From Gordius albopunctatus (taxonomy: Eukaryota), in NCBI GenBank assembly GCA_964276515.1, contig OZ193909.1, forward strand, positions 20,026,001-20,090,000: a DNA stretch of 64,000 nucleotides, written 5' to 3'. Made by a program: the position numbers and the translations under genes. Below, in pieces: positions 40,559 through 53,724 of this stretch; positions within the stretch are counted from its first letter, which is position 1; every line of letters begins with the position of its first letter. The notes below the pieces were generated by a model. It was not told where the DNA came from and made no database searches. It worked only from the letters and a program-made list of their open reading frames with translations.

Positions 40559-41720
40559 TCTATAAATATAAAAAATTAACTGGATATTCTTGGCCCCTAA
40601 TATCTCAAAAAGTCTCTGACTGATTGGCAACAAATTTGACCGGACTTTTGCTTCAGCATTCTAGATAGCATATACATATACTATTCATCCACATACGATA
40701 GCTGGAACCATGTTTTAAAAAAAACAAAAATAGCATCTACCCTACGCTAAATTGAAACGTTTCACCGACTTAGTTTTCGCTACAGTATTACACTCCTCAC
40801 CCTGAAAGTTTTTCTCCTATTATTTTGCCCCATCTGTGCCTCAGTTTTCCAGTCACATTGTCGCAGTCTTTCACATTATATAAGCCTGTGACTAGAAAAA
40901 AGTCTGAATATTAAAACCATCACAAGTTTCTATAAAAATGCTGTATGTGAAAACCCTTCTCCTGTTTTGAGCTTTTTTCAAGCATTGATCTGCATATCAT
41001 AAAGTAAATTTTGTTTAAGTTAATGGCAGCCTAAATATTGTGTTAACCTTTGTAATTTTCATCCCTAATTTCCAAATATTAATAGCATCTAATTAAAATT
41101 GTATTTAACTTTTTTTTTGCTTTGAACTATTATCAATTAAGTTGGATTTGCAAAAAAGTGAGGCTATAATATTTTGACCAAATTTAGTACGATATATAAA
41201 ATTTAAATTTTGAGCTGCCCTATTCTGCATTTCACTTTTTTGCAATACATAGTTATGTGGCATTTCTCATTGTTAGGACATCTTTACATTTCCGAGCGGA
41301 CGTTTAGAAGAGTTCGGGCTGGTTCGGGGTTAGAGCAGGCAATTTATTTATGAAATCGGACCAGGCCAAATTAGGGTAGGAGAATTTAAACAAAACTTAT
41401 TTTTAATTCATACCCCCTAGCATCCAAAGACTAAATATACCAATTTCATATATTATTTTATATGTTTGCAAGCAGTAATGCCATATTTCCCACTACTTAT
41501 AATCCAGATTCTTATTAAAGCTTGAAAAAACTCGCCACTTACAATTGATTTTAATCTAAAGGATCATTCTGTTTTTTTAAATAAAAGTGTTTTATAATTT
41601 TTAGATATTTACATTCCTTTCATTTATTCCAAGTTTAATCATATAGTTATCATTTACAAAAACTAATGATTTCGAGAATTTAAGACTAAGCCAAAGCAAC
41701 GCTCGGCTGGGCACAGTTAG
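40559..41720 (+). mobile_element. Non-autonomous Helitron (a second Helitron 3' end lies at ~42050-42078)
   Basis: A|TCTATAAATATAAAAA start; end GCAACGCTCGGCTGGGCACAGTTAG|T, matching the 3' end of the 6922 element. Separate end GTTTGCCGGGTCAGCTAG|T at 42078. Confidence 0.65.
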
Positions 41721-44367
41721 TTATATGATAACCAAATTATTTCTATTTGCATCTTATTTGCTAATTATCACATGAAAATAATTTTATGAAGTTTTAAAAT
41801 AATAAAGAATCATGTTAACAAATTTATTATATTTAATAGCATGTTTGCACATTATAATTTTTTTTTATTTTTTAAACGAAATAAATAATTTGAACATCGC
41901 CTTTTTGTATTTAGCGTGTTAATTCGTCCTACATTAAGTTCGTGAATTATTGCCCATAGGACAATTATATTTTAATCGCTCATTATATGATCGAGACATA
42001 ACGATGAGCATGGACATCACTTATAGTATTTTCTAGAAATAATGTATATAGCAAAACAACGTTTGCCGGGTCAGCTAGTTTTCATATAAAGTTCTAATAA
42101 ACTTGTAAACGCCCGCTCTATTAAAACACTAATTTTGATTGATATATTTAAGCAAAAAAATCAATAGATCGAGTATCATATTAATTAATAATTAATGTAT
42201 ATATAACTGTTGTGGCATTCTCAGGTTGTTATCGCTTGTCCAACGGTTGCTATTTGGTGGCACACAGCAATTTTAGAGTCCTTGATGAAAAGCCATGCCT
42301 ATATTGAAGTCACTTTGATTTAGTGAATTTTCATTGGATTGCTGTGAAATACAAAGTATTGTTATATTATTTAGATTTAGAAATTGGCACCGATAAAATA
42401 TGTTGTATATCATATTACTTAATTTAATTTAGAGTCAGTAAGATTAACTTTTGAAAACTTCAATAATTATTTATAATTAGCAGGCTAATAATAAAGGATT
42501 TACTTTTTACACTAAACTTATTTGATTTTTTGAATTTTTAATACATTATGCCTCGAAAAAGGTCATTTTTTGCCGTTGAATATAAAATGGATATTGTTAT
42601 TTAAAGTGATTAATAGTTTAGAATTTAAAATTAATATTTTATAATGACCTTATTTATTTTGCTTTAAAAATTTGATATCAAAACTTCTATGATTTAAATA
42701 CCACCATTTACTTGTTAATTGCCTATAATCAGGGTAAAAAGATTACGCTATAATAGCCGTATAGTTTAAGAGTGTGGTATGATAAACCAAAATTTACAAC
42801 TTAACTATCAATTCGCGTTGTGTGGATTTTTATGTAATTTTACATTAACTTGCTGCAAGATGTTGGACGTTTTTTTATAAAGAAATCATTTAGATAAAAA
42901 TTTAGGAACATCCTAGAATCACACATTTTAAGTTTAACTTAATAATTCCTAGTGCCATGATTAATTTCAGAGTAAGCTATTAAATCTTTGATAATTTTAA
43001 ATGTAATAATAAGGTATAAAAAAATTAGTAGTAAACGATCACCAGTTACCAAGTATAGTAGTGATAACTAATTTTAGCACACCATGAAAAAAAATCAGTT
43101 GGATTTGTAATATGATCCAAGACCACACGTTTACCTATAAAAAAGGAATCCCATTCATAATGGCAATCATCCACAACGCCAATGACTCTAACAAACTAGA
43201 CCTTTTTGAACAGAAGCGATTATAAAGTTTTTTATTAGTATTGATGGTGTCAAAAATGCAAAAGAGCTCTTTATGAAACTAAGTGGAAAGGCTTTTAAAT
43301 GAAAACAGTGCTGTCTAAGGTATTTTAACTAAACTTTTCTGAAAAAGATGAATAATCGAATTATAGCGATTGTAACATGTTTCAAAAAATAACCTATATC
43401 ATCTACCATCCCCCAAGAGGACAATCCATTATATAACAAAGCGTATTTTAAATGGTACAATGGAGTGTGGTATTCAAACTTCTGAAATATGGGTCCTAGG
43501 GTAAGTGCACACATTATAGAAATCTTTGGTAAATTTTATATGAACAAATACGGCTATAATAAATAAAACTTCAGCAAATTGTTTAAGCCTTCAACCTACC
43601 CATTGGCGTATCCAAGGACGGGAGCAAGGGGAGGCGGCTGCCCCCCCCCTCTATGTCCAAAAATTTGTTGAAAGTTATTATAATTATGGGTAAATTTTAA
43701 AAAAATGATCATTTTGCCCCTCTCTAATCTCAATGCTGGTTACGTCATGGAACTCTACCTATTAGTAATACATTCATACAAAAGAGGGTGAAAGGTTAGT
43801 GTAGAAAAGCGGTAAGCGTGTTAAGTAGATCGAATCTACGTGTTAGCAGAAACGCAACTCAAACTAACACCGTGGGTCATAATTGCCAAATATAGGCCTG
43901 GCTATAAAATGAGCGACGTTAGAGGGCAAAACTAGTAACGGTTTGAAAGTCAATTAAATAACAAGGGTGATAATGGAGAGATTTTAAAACGGTACATCTA
44001 TTACAAAAATTATACAACCACTAAAGATTGTGAGATTTAAATAAACAGGTGAAATTAACTGCAAATGCCTTAGATACTGTTTAAAGATCGATAAGGAAAT
44101 ATTTAGAGAAAAGGAGGCACATGTGTTTTATATACATAGATAAAGGGTATGATAAAAAAATGTGTTGAAAAGGATATTGCTAATATCATAGAGGCTACAA
44201 GGTGCGAATGATGTTTAAATGCTCTAGAAGATGTGGAAGGGAACTAACGCCTTCGCCTTTAAGACCGAAGTTGATCGAGGTTCCACTCCTAATATATTGT
44301 TGTTCATCATCTTTATGTATTTTTATATAGGCTTTGGGTATCGCAGTGGTAGGCATCAAGTTAATAC

Positions 44368-44482
44368 TAGTGTTGTAAAAACGGCTGGGGTTTGTTTCGT
44401 CAACCTTTGGTCTGTTTATCTTTAGATGACTAAAACCAAAGATCGATCGATCAAACAGAACCCAGCCGTTTTTACAACACTA
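44368..44482. mobile_element. hAT-type MITE family 'TAGTGTTGTAAAAACGG' (representative copy); others at ~16044, 28159, 29160, 32003, 35929, 45117, 55739, 57558
   Basis: TIRs TAGTGTTGTAAAAACGGCTGGG...CCCAGCCGTTTTTACAACACTA; near-perfect 8-bp TSD GTTAATAC/GTTAATAA. Confidence 0.9.
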
Positions 44483-45157
44483 GTTAATAATCTTCCCTCC
44501 ATCCTCGCTCAAAGTAAATATTGCAGTCTCCCATTACTTTACGATTAAATATTACCCTTTCCTCTTGGCTTACGTACGTTAATATTATCCTCTCCCTTCT
44601 CTTTGTCTCGTATACATAAATTAATTAGAATAACGACAGAGAAACCAGGTGACAATAAAGCATAAAAAAAATATCCAGCGTTTTTATGATTGTGAATTCC
44701 CATTAATAATTCAGTTGAAGTTTTTACAGTTTTCTTCGGTACTAATATTTAAAATATTGGTATTTATATTAACTTTGAAGGCTTGAGTGAAATAATAGAA
44801 TGAGTTACATAGATTGTCAATTGAATAAAATGAGTTAGACATTTGGTAATAACGTTTTAAAGATCGTTCTCTTTTTGTTAAAGTTATTAATAGGTATGAG
44901 CATCGACGCAAATCGATAAATAAATGGTAAATAAAACAGGATAATTGAAAAAAGGTTCAAATTATATATAAATAAACTCCTATAATAGGATGAGGAGAGG
45001 ATGACAGTGTTGAAGCGCAAGATTCATGCGTTAAGGGGATATTTTGATAAATACTAGCAAAAATGAATACTTTGAACTTACAAAAAGGGATATGTTAAGG
45101 CAGCAAGTTTTCACTAAGTATTATTGTAAAAACGGCTGGGTTTGTTCTGTTTTCTTA

Positions 45158-45480
45158 GGCTTGTCTTAATATCGGATTCGTACGGGTTATAACATAGCCG
45201 TGTATTAACTTCGAATTCATAACAGCAGATTTACATTTCAGACGCATAACATAACAAGATGCAAAAATTTTCGTAAGCCTGAATGTCGTATGTTTTTAAA
45301 TTTTTAGGTATCAGCAAAGTTTAGATTTAATCTGAAGAGTTGAAATAAAAAAACGTTCTTAACTATCGAAAAACAATATATTAATAATTACAACCGAGTT
45401 TGACACATGAAATTGAATCGGATATTTGATAAAGATAAATTCGTGTAATTTGAATCTGAATCCGATATTAAGACAAGCTC
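45158..45480. mobile_element. PIF/Harbinger (Tourist-like) MITE nested in a TAGTGTTG MITE
   Basis: TIRs GCTTGTCTTAATATCGGATTC...GAATCCGATATTAAGACAAGC; TTA on both flanks. Confidence 0.8.
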
Positions 45481-48124
45481 TTAGTCGTATAAATGGACGA
45501 AAGATTTATTGGTCAAACCTTTAGCCGCCTAAAAACAAAAGTCGACAAAAGATACCCTAGCCGTTTTTACAACACTACCACTAGGTCTGAATGTTAAACC
45601 ATATAGGTCAATAATTCGGCATACAATACTCTATATCTACAGATTAAGGGCTACACAATGGGTTACTAAAATGGGTTTTGACGGGGACATATAAAAGTTT
45701 AATAGGAACGCGAGATCATAGATAGAAGCAAAACTCTTAATTAAAAACTAATGATAAAGATTCGAAAATATTAATTACGGGTTTCATAAGATAAATAAAA
45801 AATCGTTATTATATTCTTGCTTATCCAAAATATTTGCGAACCAACGTATTTAAAGTGCTGAAGTGTCCATCATCACAAATATAAAAGTTATATATAAGTT
45901 ACTTTATATATTTTAAAACAAACTTAGTTGGCGCTTAAATTCATTAATAGCTAACAATTAAGTGAGAATTTAAAATAATAGAAAAAAAAACTGGGGAATA
46001 GTGAGTTATATGACGAGTTTAGTTAATTTTTCAATATCACTCACTTCAAAATCTATGAAAATGTAATCTCTGAGCAATTGTGTGGTTTAATTATATTTAC
46101 ATATCACTACCTTCATGTGAAGATCGACTCAGTTAAATTTAGTTTTAAATTAAAAAAAACAAATTTAAACGCAAGTTCGTAAATTTAAAATATAATTTCG
46201 TGATTAGTAAGCTAGAAAACTTATATAGATATTTGGCAGAGATTTTGCAAAAAGACCGGGCAAAAATTTAAAGCATATTCATCATTGCCAGACTTAAAGC
46301 CATTCTTCAAATAAACTCTAACCTTCCAAGAATGAATAGATTATGAGGCCCATTTTACAGAGAATAAAGGTTATTATCTAGCAACATCTATTCATGTTGT
46401 GACAATGGGATATCTTAAATGATTATTACTTATTATTATATATGGATTCCTTTTAAATGAAAGCAATAGTTTTGCACACAGGTAAACAATTGATTAGCTA
46501 ACAATTAACTTTCTGGGAAAAATGCGTCATTACAATTTAATTAAACTATATTAGCGTTTAGTTGCCCTGGTGTATAAGACAATAACATGAGATATGTCAT
46601 TAGCAGGCGTAATATTTAGACTTATTATGGAATATAAACAGTTTAGCTAGGTGCATGGGGGTAGGCGGGGGGGGGGCAGGGGGGTGGCGGAAAATTTTTT
46701 CCAAAGCAAAAACTCTTGAAAATTAAAAATTTTATGTCCCCCCCTAATTGAACTTTTAAGCGTTCTGACCCCCCCCCCCCCAATCCAAAACCTGGCTACG
46801 CCCATGGCTAGGCGATTGATCAAAACATCATGAATTTTAATGTGGAAATATTAATGATAGCATGAAATAAATATTGTTTTTGAAATCTATTTTATTAATG
46901 CATTTGCTTGAAATAACTTATTCATATACTCCTTTTCAGACCACAATTTTAGTAGTTGATTACTAAATGTAAATCAACAACGCTAGTTAAAGTATAATGT
47001 TAGCAAAGATCCTTTGCCTTCATTAAAAATATCCCATAATCCTGGATTTAAAACAAGTTTAATGTTTATAAGGTATATTTCTAACAGAATTAATAATTTT
47101 TCGGGCACCAAATCTAAAATTGAACATATACAGCTTTTAACGTATTTTTAAGAAATTTGGAGAATCTTAAAGGCAAAAATTTGTTTTTCTTTTTGTCTGT
47201 TGCAAAATATTAACAATTTTTTGGCACCTTTCGCTTTTAATTAAAGCTCTAGTTTTAGTCATTTAGAAATCTATTTAGTAGGGGAAATATGATATCTACA
47301 AAAAACTCAACTTATTAAATTAAAAGCCGTGCTCTTTCGCCGATTATGACACAGGGACACATAAAAAGCTGCAGGAATTAGATGAATGCATTAAGTAATA
47401 TTACAATCAAATCGATTTTTTTGGAAGATGATCTTTTAATAGCGAATCTTTGTGAATGGTGATAGGTGGGGATTAGGTAGGGCTAAACGTTTAGCGCGGA
47501 AGGAGAAAATATTAAATTTTAGGCGACTACAAACCAGGCCAAAACAAATATTTTTTCAAATTATTTTTTGATTCCCCCCTCTGCCAATGCGGCAAACTCC
47601 TTTTGAATAGGTGTTTGCGATGATTATTCATGTAGCTTAAATTGAAGCGCAAACTCGAAATTATGCAGTTATTAACTTAATAATATTAATGACCATAGCA
47701 ATTCGTTCAGGCTACCTAGAAATTGGCTATTAGCATTCACTCATTTTCCAATGTATTGTTGATGCCAACCAATCATAGCACATAGCCAAAACGAACACCA
47801 TTATATATACATATATATATTTATTTAGGAAAAAATTAAAAATATTTGGTGGTAGATTTAAAACAAAATTGTTATTTTATTACTCTCTCTTTCGGTCTCT
47901 ATCGATTTTTAATTAAACGCTCCTAGGAGTTAAAATAGAAATGTTTATTATTATTTTTTTTTAATTTATCGCCTCCCCTTAGCATTCGCCCCGTCGTTAC
48001 CATGGCAACCATTCCAAGAATCCCATGCGGGCATTAATAATATTGCTCCTGATTAATTTTTAATCACAAATAGCCTCACGCCATATAGCTAAACTATAGT
48101 TACTTAAAATCAAATATCACTACC

Positions 48125-49450
48125 ATGGACGATCTGCTCACTTCTGAATTGAGTAATCAAACATTCGGGATGTCATCCGACTTCTGGAACGATTCACTCC
48201 TTAATTCATGCCTAAGTTATGGGGAAATAACGCTTTTTAAACCGGGAGTTTTCACTACAGTCAACAAGGTTCTTTCGGTTATACTCATGTTACTCGGTGT
48301 TATGGGCAATGGAATTGGAACTTGGATCTTACTAGGACAAAATTCATCTTTGAAAATAACGACTACCACCACTAAATTCAGGAGAGCCAAATCCGTTACT
48401 AAGACGTCTTTGGATCTCTACTTGCTCCTCATCTTCTTCTCCATCAATTTGCTCAACTCCTTACTATTGATTCCATCACCAATCATCCGGATTTTTGGAA
48501 ATTCGGAGCGCAACGAGATCTGGAATGGGATCGGATTCATGACTTATTTAGCACACGTGCACTACCCTCTAACCAAACCTTTCATTGCATTAGGCTTTAT
48601 AGTATATTGTTTGCTATGCCTGAATCAGGTTTTAGCGACCCTTAGACCCTACACTTACAAATTATGGGTAACGCGAAAACGCATTAACCTAACCTTGCTT
48701 TTGTATTATGTCTATTGCGTGCTCTGGTATTTACCGACAACCCTGTGGTACAAGGTGGAAAAGGTACATGTGTGTGGTCGTCCTGCCATCCCCAATCATG
48801 ATTTATACGTTTACGCCTGGTCAACCCACATCATGGGTCATCCCATGTACAGTTTGGCGTGGTGGCAAGCTTATCAGATCACACGAGAATTCTGCATTAA
48901 TATAGTTCCATTCGTAGCTGTTGTTGGGGCTAAACTTGCGCTAGTAAGACACAATCGTAAAACTGCTGCCTTACTGAACAACAACTATAATCTCAGAACC
49001 ACGCAGGCGCACGATTCTAACCTAGAAACTCAAAGTCCTGAAGTCAATACGGAAAGAGTTTCTACCCTTAGCGCAAAACTTGAAGGTTCTATCCAAGTTC
49101 GGACGGGTCAAACCATACTTGCTATAGTCCCACCCACAGCACCTTGGTACATTAGGAAGCAAAACGAAACTCGTCAACATTCTCGCATGCTAATAGCATT
49201 GGCGATTGAATTCATATTCCTAAATCTACCTTTAGCCGTAATGCACATTAAAATGGATACTCTGAGAACACACTACGACAGAAAAATACTAGTTCTAATA
49301 TATCCCTTATTGTGCAATCTTCAATTTGCCTACGTCAGTTGCACCTTCTATGTCATAGCCTTTTTTAATCCCAAACTCAGGACTTACATCAAAAGAAGTC
49401 TGACACGTTCGGGGGTTATTGTTAAAAGAGTCATCCAGAATATTTGGTAG
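48125..49450 (+). CDS. Intronless rhodopsin-like (class A) GPCR, peptide-receptor/chemoreceptor-like, divergent motifs (441 aa)
   Basis: Seven hydrophobic segments; TM1 GVMGN; N-terminal N-glycosylation sites; post-TM3 LNQVLATLRP.Y; TM6 FIFLNLP; TM7 FYVIAFFNPKLR. Confidence 0.85.
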   Translation: MDDLLTSELSNQTFGMSSDFWNDSLLNSCLSYGEITLFKPGVFTTVNKVLSVILMLLGVMGNGIGTWILLGQNSSLKITTTTTKFRRAKSVTKTSLDLYLLLIFFSINLLNSLLLIPSPIIRIFGNSERNEIWNGIGFMTYLAHVHYPLTKPFIALGFIVYCLLCLNQVLATLRPYTYKLWVTRKRINLTLLLYYVYCVLWYLPTTLWYKVEKVHVCGRPAIPNHDLYVYAWSTHIMGHPMYSLAWWQAYQITREFCINIVPFVAVVGAKLALVRHNRKTAALLNNNYNLRTTQAHDSNLETQSPEVNTERVSTLSAKLEGSIQVRTGQTILAIVPPTAPWYIRKQNETRQHSRMLIALAIEFIFLNLPLAVMHIKMDTLRTHYDRKILVLIYPLLCNLQFAYVSCTFYVIAFFNPKLRTYIKRSLTRSGVIVKRVIQNIW

Positions 49451-50007
49451 ACCAAATCGATTAAGAAGTGATACATAAAAGTAACAATTTTATAAACAAT
49501 TAGAGGTTTAGATGGAAACACCTTCCCTTTGTTTGCTATTTTGGCTCTCCTTCCGTCCTCTCCAACTTGTAATTTTTCACTAATTGCCGTGCAAACTTAT
49601 ACGGGTTTTAAATGGCTGTGGACTTATGCTCCTTCTGTAAATGACTTCTATTTTGTTTTCGCAAATAGACTAGCAAATGACTGCAGCGCAGGTTGACTTT
49701 ATTTTTTTTTAATGTCATAATTATTTGTAAGAAATAAATGACCTCTCTAAGTCTCCAGTTATTGATATAGAGCCTCTTATAGCTTTTAAATTAAACGAAA
49801 ATAGAAGATGTTTTAGGGAACGGATATTTTTCTCACCCTTAAGTAACTTAATTTTTTGTACCACCATAATCATGAAAAAACATGTTTACTTACAAATAAG
49901 GTAAAATAAAGTATCATCAACTTTAACTATTCTAATGTTGAAGGATGTTTCTAGAACAAAGCGAAGCGCATTCACTTTTCACTTATTTTAAAGTTTTTAA
50001 CTTCGAA

Positions 50008-51351
50008 ATGAATTATTTTTTATCATTATTACCAATTGTCTTCGGAGTTTTCTTTGTGAAATTTTCACGAATATTGTAAGCATAATATTAGTATAAATTA
50101 TAATTAGCATCATGAGCCTAGCCAAGATTTGAATTAGAGAGGGGTGGGCAATAATGATCATTTTATGAAATTTTAACCATAATTGGATCCCCGCCCCTTG
50201 GCTACGCTCATGTTAAGCATTGTGATAATTTCGTTCTTTTATATTTAATGTAGATCAGCGTATAGCAACCCAAGCGTTCAAAATTATCTTGATTGTCCGG
50301 CGATTTGTGACAAATCTCAATGCATAGATACAAGTGTGTGTAAAGAAGGCAAGGATTTGGACGAATGTAAATGTTGTGAAATGTGTCTTAAAGTAAACCT
50401 TTTTAAACAGAAATTTCTTTAAATATTATCAATTTCATATCAAACATTTAATACAATTTTATTTTTTTTTTAAATTAAATGCTTTTATTAGGCTTAAAAT
50501 GATCCATAAAATATACGACAAACGAAAATAAGATAATGTAAATAAAAAAGTATTCATCAGATTCGTCAAGAGCCAACGAAGGCCGTGTGTCTGAGTTAAG
50601 ATTTTATAATAATATTTTGCTATTAAAATACCCCCTTTTTGGGCTAATAAAGCTGGGCGAGTATTTGACATTTCAAAATTTATGATTTAAGCTTAATTAT
50701 AAAAATTATATAGTGTCTATAATTTGTATAAACCTAAAGGGAGGGGCAACTGCCCTTTGCAGATGTAAAAATTACTTTAACTAAATACAATTGAAACTAA
50801 ATTTTTTCCAAAATAAACTTTTTTTGTCACTTTTTATTATATTTGATTGTATCATATTTGTTAATCCTCGTTCTTATCCTTAAAAAACGGAAAACAAAAT
50901 AAAAATTTAATGATATTATTTCAAAAAAATTAAAAAAACATCTTTTCGGGCCAGGTATGGCCGGGCGTTTTAAGGATTCAAGCGGGCCCGGGCGGGCAGC
51001 TTAGTTATAAAATCGCGCCGGGCGGGTGCGGGCAGATTTTCTTTTTTTGCAAATCTGACCTCTGGTAGCCAGTTTTAAATGTTAACAAACAATTTACTAA
51101 TCATAAAAACGATGAGCAAAATCGAGATTGATTATTGATATTAATTAAAAATCAAAAATTTTTTCTTTGATAATGTTTAGGGACTAGGACAAAGTTGTGG
51201 TGGATTTAAAAATCAAGATGGGAATTGCGGTCAAGGATTAGTATGTAGCCAAAACAGAAGTGACACTGACCCTCATGTATTTGTTGGATATTGTGAAAAA
51301 CCGAGCCAAAGTCCGAAGCTATCCAAATTTAGAAAACTATATTTTATTTAA
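50008..51351 (+). CDS. Secreted single IGFBP-N (IB) domain protein (SIBD/neuroparsin-like), 3 exons, ~125 aa
   Basis: Exons 50008-50075, 50254-50392, 51181-51351; GT-AG, phases 2/0. Hydrophobic N-terminus MNYFLSLLPIVFGVFFV, then 12 Cys: CPAICDKSQC...C...DECKCCEMCLKGLGQSCGG...GNCGQGLVC...GYC. Confidence 0.88.
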
Positions 51352-51710
51352 TTAAATTTTTGAGCTACTTAATGATTTTATAGCCGATAATGGTTTATGA
51401 CATAACTATATTTCCGATTTAATAAATTCGACCTTACTATATTTCGTTGTTTTATTGATTAAAGAGAAAGTCAGCAAATTAATTAAGTAATCGATTTTTA
51501 TCCTATGAAACTATTAATGATAAAGCAACTTTTTAAAAATGTCTATAAAAATAGTGTTTTTACAATCTTGTTTTTAAATATTCATTACTAGATGGAAAAA
51601 TAAAACATGGTAGTAATTTGTAGATATTTATTATAAAATTTGAATGTTTAAAACATATAATATTTGGTATCATAAAATTAAACAAATTTTGTTTTATAGA
51701 GCAATAAATT

Positions 51711-52786
51711 TTTCGGGCTGTTTATGTAGAATAAAGTAATAATTACTTTATTGTATAATATAAATTAAATCGTTGTAAGAAAAGAAAGTGAGTAATAAGA
51801 GTTTTAAACTCTTTTATATACTCGTGAATTAATTGAATAAATCAATCAAGTTTAGTGGTGTCTATAAATAAATCAATTACGCGAGGTATAAATAAATCAA
51901 TTTAACGTCGTAAAGTAGTAAGGTAATGTAAATGAGACAATTAAGTTAATTGACGCAACACCTCCGCGAGGTATAGGACGCAACACCACAAATAGTCTCC
52001 TTCGTAGACGTGGAGCGTTACTTAAAATTGAAAAAAAAAAATTTTTTTTTTTTGGTTGATGTAAAGTATGTGTAAAGGATGTTCGTACTACCAGCCAGTT
52101 TTGTCTCCGCCTACCGTGGTTGTTAGTGAGGTGACCGAGGTGTGAGTTGCGTGTATGTTGTTGTGATGCTATCCAATATATTAATAAGATCCATGCCGCG
52201 GGCAGAGGTATCTATATTGGAATTGCAATCGGTCATCAACTAAACCGGTAAGCGGTGGTGAGAACATTGGTAGTAGGTTGTTCGTTTTTGTCGAACGTAG
52301 TCTTTGCTCGTTGCAAAAGACCATGTCGTGGTATCGCTTTGCCGAACGTAGTCTTTGCTCGTTGCAAGAGGCCATGTGGCGTTATCGTTTTTGTGATGGG
52401 CCATGCGCAAAACATTGGTTGGGCGTTCGGCAGACGTTGTTGTTGTTTAAAGGCGCATTCAGGGGGAGTTTAAAAAAAAATGGGCTCCCCCGAGCGGGGT
52501 CACCAATTTCGGGCTGTTTATGTAGAATAAAGTAATAATTACTTTATTGTATAATATAAATTAAATCGTTGTAAGAAAAGAAAGTGAGTAATAAGAGTTT
52601 TAAACTCTTTTATATACTCGTGAATTAATTGAATAAATCAATCAAGTTTAGTGGTGTCTATAAATAAATCAATTACGCGAGGTATAAATAAATCAATTTA
52701 ACGTCGTAAAGTAGTAAGGTAATGTAAATGAGACAATTAAGTTAATTGACGCAACACCTCCGCGAGGTATAGGACGCAACACCACA
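51711..52786 (-). mobile_element. Miniature non-autonomous LTR retrotransposon (TRIM), Gypsy-type signals
   Basis: Two 280-bp direct repeats (51711-51990, 52507-52786), identical by eye; 4-bp TSD AATT. Minus-strand PBS TGGTGACCCCG (52505-52495) complementary to the tRNA-Trp 3' end; purine tract GAAGGAGA (52003-51996); 516-bp interior without a recognisable ORF. Confidence 0.92.
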
Positions 52787-53562
52787 AATTTGTGCTTCTT
52801 TTAATAAACTATCATTGATCATATATATTTTGGCATATAAAACTCATGAAATTAAAAATATTATGTTGGATCAATGTGTATTTATTTAAACAGAATAACA
52901 AATTTTTATATTAAAATTTAGCTAATTAATAAATTAAGGATTTGCTGCCAATTCTAGATAATAATTCCAATTAAGGTTTTATGCCAAAGGCCTAATACAC
53001 TTAATTTTGAAATAATGATGTCAACTAAACAGTTTTGCAGCCTATTAAACAATAATACAGAGTGCAATAGTAAAAAGCCATTATCAAATTAAAATATCTT
53101 TTTTTATCGATAAATTTGGATAGTATAATAAGAAAATACAGAATTTAATTTATTTTTATATTAAATTCGTCAAAATTAGTTAGTGTGGAAGGTAGGGGGG
53201 AGAGGTATTATAGTCATAGACTAAATAGCCTGCTCATCAACGTTAAATAAATGTACCCCTAAAATGTGCCCAAATAAGAGAATGACATATAGAATTTTTA
53301 TTGATTTTAGTTAATTAAAATATCTAACTAGATAGTATTTAAAAAGTGCATTTTAAAACATAAATCATTTACACAATTCATAAAAATAAAAAATACTGTC
53401 ATGATGTGATGTTAACGTTTAGTGACATCTAAGTTTTATTTAATAATCATTTGTTAAAACTCGTTTTTAATTATTAATCAATCAGATTCCCTTTTTTGTG
53501 AGAACAATGGGGGACACTACAGAAAGACATGGGTGATTGTCATATTCAAAATGGTGGATTTA

Positions 53563-53724
53563 CATACATACATAGGTCCGCCCCGACTAACAGTCGTTTT
53601 TTCTTAACGTTTACTCGGGTTAAGACGAGTGAAAGTCTACATCTTTAGAGATATCTATGAGGGCCTATTGGACTTGATGTCACAATAGTACAGGTGAGGT
53701 GCTGCAAGTCAGTAGGCAGCACAC
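53563..53724 (-). mobile_element. Short retroposed insert (SINE or 5'-truncated LINE 3' end) inside a MITE
   Basis: 10-bp TSD GGTGGATTTA (53553-53562, 53725-53734); (TATG)n tail on the minus strand. Confidence 0.7.

Noticed and set aside
43000..44290. Possible very old LINE remnants
   Set aside because: Only faint resemblance; no motif I can read with confidence.
52181..52535. Short ORFs in the TRIM interior as gag/pol remnants
   Set aside because: No convincing Gag or RT motif; the region is dominated by a ~51-bp tandem duplication.
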